A stretch of DNA of 12,237 nucleotides from an archaeon (lineage in GTDB: Archaea > Nanobdellota > Nanobdellia > Pacearchaeales > GW2011-AR1): positions 1-12,237 of the forward strand of contig JAZDPV010000010.1 in NCBI GenBank assembly GCA_043797265.1. The letters are read 5' to 3'. Each line of letters starts with the position of its first letter. Position 1 is the first letter of the stretch. The notes under the pieces are model-generated. The model was given only the letters and a program-made list of their open reading frames with translations. It made no database searches and was not told the origin of the DNA. This document shows, one piece after another, positions 5,852 through 12,237 of the stretch. The position numbers and the translations under genes are program-made.

Positions 5852-8800
5852 CTAATCCTCAATCCCAAAAATCCCCCCAACATATTCCTCCAACAACTCA
5901 AAAACTTCCCACGTATACGACGGAATATTATAATTCTTCACCAACTCCCTCGCCATCGGCAAATACTTTTTTATCGAGCCCTCCGAAATTGTAAAAATAA
6001 TTTTCCCCTTGCACTTATGACAAACCCCCGCCAACGGCGGCCGCCTAAACTTCTCATTGCAATTCGCACATCTAAATCCCTGCCTCCCAAACTTCCTCAA
6101 ATTCCCTCCAATATCCCGAATAAAATGCCTCTCTAAAATCAACCTCGCGACGTCATCCTTGTCAACCGCCCGAATCTTCCCGACCAACTCCATCTCCGCC
6201 GCAACCTTATCTTTCATCGTCGGCAAACTCTTGTAAACCCCATTTGCATTCCCCAAATTAATATCACTCGTATCATGACTAAACCCCGCCCCCACGAACG
6301 GCTCGACCCCCATCTTCAACCTATCCTTAACCAACTCAACCCGGCACTCACTCGAATGCTCCCCTCTCTCAGCAACCTCATAAAACTCCAAAGAATATTT
6401 ACCCCCGCTCTCCAAAGACAAAATCTGGTCATCAACTTCCCCCGCCCGAATCCTCGCATTCAAAACCAAGGGCGCATCCTGATTCCCACCGCGATGCCCC
6501 GGCAAAAATTTCCTCGAAAAATTCAACAACACATCCATCAACAACATCACCGCCGCCTCATCCCCGTCGCAATCACGCCTCATCGCCGCATGCATATATG
6601 GCGACGCAATCACCCCCTGCATCCTGCCAAATCCAATAATCCGCCCAACAACCCCCGCACAATTATGCGGCGCCATACAAACAACCAACTGCCCAACCAA
6701 ATCCCCCCTCGACTTCAAATTATAAAATCTCTTCATCCCATAAAACCTACTCAACTCCTCATCAACAAAATTCGCCACATTAAAAAAAACATCGCCACCC
6801 CTCTCCGCCATCTCAGAACAATTAGGCAAAACAATATCGTGCGGTCTCAACTCCAAAATCTGATCATCCCCAACCAAATCGCTCCCATAAATATCCCTCT
6901 CGTACCCCAAGATCTTCAATTTTTCAACCCCCACGCCAACTTCCCTCGGCTTAAAATGCGTCAACGGAATTTCCGTCCCATCATATCTCACCGTCCCATC
7001 TTTATTGACACACAAACCAAACTTCGCCCTCAAAACCCCCTTCCCTAAATCCTCAACATCCTTCCCCTCACTCACCATCCCAGAAATCCCCTTAATCAAG
7101 GGCGGCACCTCATACAACTCAAGCCCTAATTTCTTACACGCCCCCTCAAAATAATCTTTAACCCCAATCTTTCTCCTAAAAAATCCAAAACAATTATTAT
7201 GTAACTTACAAAAATCACTTTTCACCCCACAACATTCTCGACAATAAAAACCCCTTTTCGACTTCACCCCACATTTTTCACAGGTTAAATAAATCCCCTC
7301 ATTACCACACCCACATTTATAAATCGGAAAATCAGCGTCGATAAAACCAACACCAACCGCATCTTGTATACTCTTCAACCTCCCGCCCTGCTTTCCAACC
7401 GGGAACAAAACATTCGGGCTCCCGCCGATATCCCTCAATTTCGCCTTCTCCGGCCGCCCCATCCTCGCCCCAATAAATGTCCCAGCCTTATCCTTAATCT
7501 CAAACTCGCACAACCCATTCACAATTTCCAAAACGCCTTTAACACCCGTCCCCCCAATCTCTAAATCCAAACCCTCCCCCTCTTTTATTTTGTCAATCCC
7601 AAGATTAATCAAAAAAGCCCGCGCATCTTTATCAACAACAACATCCCCGCCCACAACATCATGCTCAACTCCCAAAATTTCCAAAGCCCTCTTGCCAACC
7701 TTAAACTCATCCGCAAAAGGCAATATTAATTTCCCATTCTCCCAAGCCGATTTGTTCAACCACCCAACCAATCCAAAAAAATCCTCGACGCCAATCTGGC
7801 TCCAATAAAAAATATATTTAGGATGCAATGGCAAACCAAACTTCCGGCTTAATTCAATCGCCTCATCCAAACCAACATTCTCCGGATCCTGAATCCTGAA
7901 TCCTGAATCCTCGGCGACTAAAGACGCCGCCCACCACTCCTCAACATACCCCGGCTTCAACAAATCAAAATTCCTATCAACCACATCCCCCATCGGGAAC
8001 AACATGTCCCCAAGATAAATAATCTCGTCGACATCTTTGTAAATCCGCCTCGCCTCCTCATAATCATAAACTCTCTTGACACTCCCATTCTTCATTTTCA
8101 CAATCGGCCCATCAATAGAATCACAAGAAGTAATAATACAGCCCTTCGTCGGCTTCTCAATTTTCAACTGAGTCCCATGCGACAAAAACCCATTCGTAAT
8201 CCCCATCGTCGCTGGATGAACCGAAACCGCGCTAAACCCCGACGTCCGCCCGCGTCCATATCTCAACCTAAACCCACCACTCCGAGACGGATGCCCATAA
8301 ACCGGCCGCCCCGCAACCAAATCTTTAATATAAGTCGCCTCGATATTTTTCTCGCCGGCCTCACGCTTTTTATGCAAAACAGTATAATCCTCCAACCAAT
8401 CAAACCCTGTACACTTCAACCCATTCTTTTTGCAAGACCTCAATCGCCCCACCGCCTTCTCCGCTTTCTGCGCCAGCCCCTCTGAAAAAATCAAGCACAT
8501 CCCGCCCCGAATAAAATTTGTCCCCACCCTCGGCAAATCCCTATAACTCGAAACCTCTTTCCTACTCGTTGGCTCACCATCAATCTGAATCGGCAACCGC
8601 GCCGCCAAAAATCTCATCTCCTCTTCCGTCGGCAAATACGCTAAATTCGCAACCCTCTCATGATAATCCTTGTTCTCAACAACATATCTTTTAATCTCGT
8701 CCTCGCTCACATCATACTTCGCATAACCAAAATATTCCCTCAAATAATCAATCAACATCAAAACAACACAAGTCGCCGTCGTCCCCGCCGACCGAATCGG

Positions 8801-9253
8801 GCCACTAAAACTCGCAATAAAATAATACTTATCCTCTCGCGTCTTCCCCAACTTCAAACCAGTATAACCCTCAATCGGCGACGAAACAACACCCAAAGTC
8901 ATATAGGCAAACCCAACCCGAATCCCCACATCAATCGCCTCCAACTTATCTTTAAATTTACAAAACTTCTCCTCGGCAATTTCCCGTGCAATCACAAAAC
9001 TAACAGTCGTATCCAACTGCCCATACTTCTTTTCTAACTCCTCCATCCTCCTCACAATTTTCTCAACCGGCAAATCCGGATAAACAACACAAACCAACCT
9101 CACCGCCTTCTCAACCATCGTCGCCGCCAAAGAAACCTCAACATCGGCAACCGGATCCAAACCCAATGCCCGCGCCCTCCTCGCAACCCCATACGCGCGA
9201 ACAACCCCGCTACTTAAATCTTCAAAATAACCATCAACATCCCACTTAAACAT
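5852..9253 (-). CDS. polC: DNA polymerase D large subunit (DP2, DNA polymerase II large subunit), no intein
   Basis: Motifs GPIRSAGTTA, RGGMCL, YIKDLVAGRP, FRLRYGR, GYVEEWW, IGARMGRPEKA, KDGTVRYD, APHNCAGVVGRIIGF and catalytic RRDCDGDE (6557-6580), plus Cys zinc modules including C-terminal CANC...CHKC. The start is placed at ATG 9253 (MFKW, 1133 aa) after the G-rich RBS-like GGGGGGGGAGA; it overlaps the DP1 end by 8 nt. polC here is the archaeal symbol for DP2. Confidence 0.96.
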   Translation of the reverse strand: MFKWDVDGYFEDLSSGVVRAYGVARRARALGLDPVADVEVSLAATMVEKAVRLVCVVYPDLPVEKIVRRMEELEKKYGQLDTTVSFVIAREIAEEKFCKFKDKLEAIDVGIRVGFAYMTLGVVSSPIEGYTGLKLGKTREDKYYFIASFSGPIRSAGTTATCVVLMLIDYLREYFGYAKYDVSEDEIKRYVVENKDYHERVANLAYLPTEEEMRFLAARLPIQIDGEPTSRKEVSSYRDLPRVGTNFIRGGMCLIFSEGLAQKAEKAVGRLRSCKKNGLKCTGFDWLEDYTVLHKKREAGEKNIEATYIKDLVAGRPVYGHPSRSGGFRLRYGRGRTSGFSAVSVHPATMGITNGFLSHGTQLKIEKPTKGCIITSCDSIDGPIVKMKNGSVKRVYDYEEARRIYKDVDEIIYLGDMLFPMGDVVDRNFDLLKPGYVEEWWAASLVAEDSGFRIQDPENVGLDEAIELSRKFGLPLHPKYIFYWSQIGVEDFFGLVGWLNKSAWENGKLILPFADEFKVGKRALEILGVEHDVVGGDVVVDKDARAFLINLGIDKIKEGEGLDLEIGGTGVKGVLEIVNGLCEFEIKDKAGTFIGARMGRPEKAKLRDIGGSPNVLFPVGKQGGRLKSIQDAVGVGFIDADFPIYKCGCGNEGIYLTCEKCGVKSKRGFYCRECCGVKSDFCKLHNNCFGFFRRKIGVKDYFEGACKKLGLELYEVPPLIKGISGMVSEGKDVEDLGKGVLRAKFGLCVNKDGTVRYDGTEIPLTHFKPREVGVGVEKLKILGYERDIYGSDLVGDDQILELRPHDIVLPNCSEMAERGGDVFFNVANFVDEELSRFYGMKRFYNLKSRGDLVGQLVVCMAPHNCAGVVGRIIGFGRMQGVIASPYMHAAMRRDCDGDEAAVMLLMDVLLNFSRKFLPGHRGGNQDAPLVLNARIRAGEVDDQILSLESGGKYSLEFYEVAERGEHSSECRVELVKDRLKMGVEPFVGAGFSHDTSDINLGNANGVYKSLPTMKDKVAAEMELVGKIRAVDKDDVARLILERHFIRDIGGNLRKFGRQGFRCANCNEKFRRPPLAGVCHKCKGKIIFTISEGSIKKYLPMARELVKNYNIPSYTWEVFELLEEYVGGIFGIED
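7886..7911. repeat. Heptamer tandem repeat ATCCTGA x3.7 inside the DP2 coding sequence
   Basis: atcctga atcctga atcctga atcct, encoding EDSGFRIQD just after YVEEWW. Confidence 0.85.
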
Positions 9254-10727
9254 TCTCCCCCCCCAACTTGCAAACCAAATCATCACCTTCTTCCCATTTA
9301 ATTTTGTCTTCACTAAAATCAACAATTTTAATTTCCCGAGTTTTCAAATTAAACAACGGCACCCGACATGGCTCCGGCACATTACCAACCCTCTCTTCAA
9401 ATGGAGTCGTCGACTGCCAACACGAACTCGCAACCATCAAAATATTATTATAACAATCAACCTCTGCCCGATGCTGATCACCCGTCGCAACAATATCCGG
9501 CACAATGTCAATCACCATCGGGTCCACCTCACATAAAACATAATCCATCAACCCATACATCGGCGCCAAATGACCACACCTCAACATTTCCCTAACAACT
9601 CTCGTCGGAGACCTGTGCCCAAAATTAACCCTAATATTTTCAGTCTCATCTACAAACCTATTAATACTCGCCCCGTGATACATCAATATCCTAAACCCGC
9701 CCACATCCACCAAAGCCGGACTAGTAACCAACTTTAAATTCTTCATCTTATACAACTCACCCGCCCACTTTTCTGGAATCACTTTTTGCGGCTCCCCTAC
9801 CCAAACAGCATCATGCTGCCCGGCACACATCGCAATCTCTAAATCCTTTCTTATCTTCCCAAAAATCTCGCCCAACTTTTTATACTGCCCCTTAATGTCT
9901 TTAATATTCAACCAACCCTCCTGCCCCGAATAAACCCCGACACCATCAACCATATCCCCGACTAAAACCAAATACTTAACCTTCCGCGCAATCGCCCTCT
10001 GCCTCTCATCCCCAACCTCACCATTTAACCAATCAACAAATCTCAAAACATCCTTCTCTAAAAAATTCCTCGAACCAACGTGAAAATCCCCACTAAAAGC
10101 GATATACTCATCAACGTCCCCGTATTTTTCCTTTTCTAAACCAACATCCGGGAAAATAATATCATTAACAAACAACATCTCACCAGAACCCGAAACCCGG
10201 AACAAAACAACATCGTCCAGCATTAAATTCTTCGCCTTGTCAAATAAATCCCTCCTGTCCTGATTCACTAAAACAACAACCCTCCCCGTCAAATCTTCCA
10301 CTTCAATCAATAAATTTTTATTTTTTGTAATATTTTTTTTAACCACCATCGCAACAATATTATAAACCCCACCACCTCCCCCAATCCTCCGAATCGAACT
10401 CATGTTTTCAACCCCCGTCGCCAACATCCCACTCAACACCTCATACCTCGAACGAAAATACCGAACAAAATCTCCAACCCCAATTTTTCTTGATAAAAAC
10501 TTTGGCGTCGACAACAATTTAATATTTAACCCGTCCCTCTTTCTTTCTAATTTTAAAATATACTCATCAAAAATCTTTTTTGTGATTACCCTTTCCTTAA
10601 CACCAGATTTAACTAGCCCATTAATAATTTCAGTAACCTCATCGTCGCTCTTCTTAGATAAAATCCCAAAAACATCTCTATCTAAAAAAAATCCCCTACT
10701 CGCAAACAATTCCAACATCCCTATCAT
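9246..10727 (-). CDS. polB: DNA polymerase D small subunit (DP1; OB fold plus calcineurin-like phosphoesterase/proofreading exonuclease)
   Basis: OB region with TKNKNLLIEVEDLTG, then DFHVGS, GDMVDGVGVY, GQHDA, YHG, HLAPMYG, TGDQH and SCWQ..T.FE. It lies between cdc6 and DP2, as in the conserved euryarchaeal-type cluster. The start is uncertain (ATG 10748, 10727 or 10718). polB here is the archaeal symbol for DP1. Confidence 0.92.
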   Translation of the reverse strand: MIGMLELFASRGFFLDRDVFGILSKKSDDEVTEIINGLVKSGVKERVITKKIFDEYILKLERKRDGLNIKLLSTPKFLSRKIGVGDFVRYFRSRYEVLSGMLATGVENMSSIRRIGGGGGVYNIVAMVVKKNITKNKNLLIEVEDLTGRVVVLVNQDRRDLFDKAKNLMLDDVVLFRVSGSGEMLFVNDIIFPDVGLEKEKYGDVDEYIAFSGDFHVGSRNFLEKDVLRFVDWLNGEVGDERQRAIARKVKYLVLVGDMVDGVGVYSGQEGWLNIKDIKGQYKKLGEIFGKIRKDLEIAMCAGQHDAVWVGEPQKVIPEKWAGELYKMKNLKLVTSPALVDVGGFRILMYHGASINRFVDETENIRVNFGHRSPTRVVREMLRCGHLAPMYGLMDYVLCEVDPMVIDIVPDIVATGDQHRAEVDCYNNILMVASSCWQSTTPFEERVGNVPEPCRVPLFNLKTREIKIVDFSEDKIKWEEGDDLVCKLGGENV

Positions 10728-10736
10728 ATTAAAATC

Positions 10737-10767
10737 GAGGAACCACATTCCGACGGGAATTATCCTC
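10737..10767. other. Small intergenic stem-loop between cdc6 and DP1
   Basis: Outer stem GAGGA (10737-41) / TCCTC (10763-67) and inner stem ATTCC (10747-51) / GGAAT (10756-60) around a 4-nt loop. Confidence 0.45.
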
Positions 10768-10775
10768 AGTTTATT

Positions 10776-11984
10776 CTAAAGCCCCAACGAATCAACAAGA
10801 ATCGCCTCAGCCTTATCAAATAAATTATTAGGAATCGACAACTTAATCTCTCGGGTCCTGCCATGCCGCCCCTTTGAAATAACCTTAGCATTAATCAGTC
10901 CCAACATATCTATTTCCGCCAAAATATCAGAAATCCTCCTCTGTGTCAAAACATCAGCCCTAACCCGCGCACAAATATCTTGATAATAATTATAAACATC
11001 TCCCGTAAAAAATCTATCCTTCTCTCCTCTCTCTCTTGTTAATCTCATAATCGAATACATCACTAACTGAAACTGCTTCGGCTCACCCTCAATAATATCC
11101 AAAATTTTGTCTCTCTCTATTTTCAAATTTGCCAAATCAATATATTCCTCCTCTATTTTTTTCTTCCCGTCTCTTTCACTTAATTCCCCCGCAATCCTCA
11201 ATAAATCCAGGGCTCTCCTAGCGTCCCCATGCTCCCTAGCCGCATAAGCCGCACATTTAGCTATAACACCATCAATAACAACATCTTTCTTAAACGCCTC
11301 AACACAACGCTCCCTTAAAATATCCTGTAATTGAATCGCATTATAAGGATGAAAAATAAACTCCTCCTCCCCTAAACTCGACCTTACCCTTGGATCAATA
11401 TTTTCCAAAAAAGTTACCTCATTCGAAATACCAATCAATGAAATCTGCGCCTGACTCAATTCCTGATTTAACCTCGTCAACGAATACAAAAAACCATCAC
11501 TCATTTTTTTTACCGCATGGTCAATTTCATCAAAAATAAAAACAATTAACTGTTTCTTTTTATCAACCAACTCTATAAATTTAGACCAAACTTTATCCGT
11601 CGGCAACCCCGTCGCCGGGACATCTCCACCAAGCTGCCCAATTAATGCAGCCAAAATCCTATACTCAGTATCAGCAACCTTCTTTAATTTACAATTTAAA
11701 TATTCAAATCTTACATCCACCCCTAATATCTCAGATTTCTTAATTAATTGATCTCGAACATATAAAACCGACAAAGTTTTTCCCGTACCTGTTTTACCAT
11801 AAACAAATAAATTACTCGGCCGTTCACCCCTTAATGTCGAAGCCAAAATTGAAGCAATTGATTTTATTTGTTTATCTCTATGTGGAATAGACCCTGGTGT
11901 ATAACGAACCTGTAAAACCCCCTTATTCCTAAATAAACTATTATTCAAAGCCGAATCAAAAATTTCTCCTAATTCAACACCCAT
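10776..11984 (-). CDS. cdc6: Orc1/Cdc6 replication initiator (AAA+ ATPase plus winged helix)
   Basis: Motifs YTPGSIPHRD, Walker A GKTGTGKT, Walker B IFDEID, ISN, RVRSSL, GDARRALDLLR and winged-helix wing SKGRHGRTR. The start is placed at ATG 11984 (402 aa), about 25 nt downstream of a TATA box. Confidence 0.96.
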   Translation of the reverse strand: MGVELGEIFDSALNNSLFRNKGVLQVRYTPGSIPHRDKQIKSIASILASTLRGERPSNLFVYGKTGTGKTLSVLYVRDQLIKKSEILGVDVRFEYLNCKLKKVADTEYRILAALIGQLGGDVPATGLPTDKVWSKFIELVDKKKQLIVFIFDEIDHAVKKMSDGFLYSLTRLNQELSQAQISLIGISNEVTFLENIDPRVRSSLGEEEFIFHPYNAIQLQDILRERCVEAFKKDVVIDGVIAKCAAYAAREHGDARRALDLLRIAGELSERDGKKKIEEEYIDLANLKIERDKILDIIEGEPKQFQLVMYSIMRLTRERGEKDRFFTGDVYNYYQDICARVRADVLTQRRISDILAEIDMLGLINAKVISKGRHGRTREIKLSIPNNLFDKAEAILVDSLGL

Positions 11985-12008
11985 TTCATACAACAAACAA
12001 ATCAAAAC

Positions 12009-12022
12009 TATTTAAACCTTCA
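12009..12022 (-). promoter_or_regulatory. Archaeal BRE-TATA promoter of the cdc6-DP1-DP2 cluster (leaderless)
   Basis: The minus strand reads TGAAGG-TTTAAATA, with the TATA (12016-12009) 25-32 nt upstream of ATG 11984. Confidence 0.65.
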
Positions 12023-12046
12023 TATACACGAAAACATATTTTATAT

Positions 12047-12237
12047 ACCCCTATTTCATTTCCACTAACTATAATATAATAATACAAATTTTAAACAAAA
12101 ACAAAAATTTTCTTCGATAAATATAACCATTATAAAAACACTCACACCCTTATTTCATTTCCAAAAGAAATAAATTCTAAAACAAATTATGTTAAAAAAT
12201 AAACATCTTATAAAACATATACTTTATTATATATATT
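12047..12237. other. Putative chromosomal replication origin (oriC): two ORB-like repeats and AT-rich DNA; probably continues beyond the window
   Basis: Direct repeats ACCCCTATTTCATTTCCA (12047-12064) and ACCCTTATTTCATTTCCA (12146-12163) are 17/18 identical. On the minus strand they read TGGAAATGAAATA(G/A)GGGT, resembling the ORB TGGAAA...G-string. The DNA is non-coding, very AT-rich and directly upstream of cdc6. Confidence 0.75.

Noticed and set aside
6557-6580. Intein in, or inactivation of, the DP2 catalytic motif (RRDCDGDEA versus the common RRNCDGDED)
   Set aside because: The motif is contiguous with no intein, and both catalytic aspartates of DGD are present. I also saw no intein in dnaE or cdc6.
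9254-9325. ORF-track upstream starts for DP2 (9325), and likewise cdc6 (12005) and dnaE (5194)
   Set aside because: They are non-ATG extensions that overlap the upstream gene or promoter region. The downstream ATGs fit RBS/TATA spacing and family N-termini better.
6275-10779. Plus-strand ORFs antisense to DP2 and DP1
   Set aside because: Same shadow-frame artefact; they overlap conserved PolD genes.

Overview
This window is an archaeal replication locus, probably from a DPANN lineage such as Pacearchaeota; the lineage call is an inference from gene content and promoter style. On the minus strand, running right to left, it holds a putative oriC (two ORB-like repeats in AT-rich DNA), orc1/cdc6, PolD small subunit DP1, PolD large subunit DP2, a small membrane-anchored ORF, and an intact bacterial-type family C DNA polymerase (DnaE, Pol III alpha, about 1040 aa). 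On the plus strand, converging on dnaE, are the end of an OB-fold gene, a TctA-like membrane protein, a small two-helix membrane protein and a YbjQ/UPF0145 protein. The standout observation is a DnaE with all catalytic and PHP proofreading residues. It has an archaeal-type TATA promoter, shares the host's strong strand skew, and sits about 0.7 kb downstream of the cdc6-DP1-DP2 cluster. The neighbouring PolD looks modified: DP1 has two altered exonuclease metal ligands, and DP2 lacks its C-terminal PIP tail and carries a heptamer repeat.
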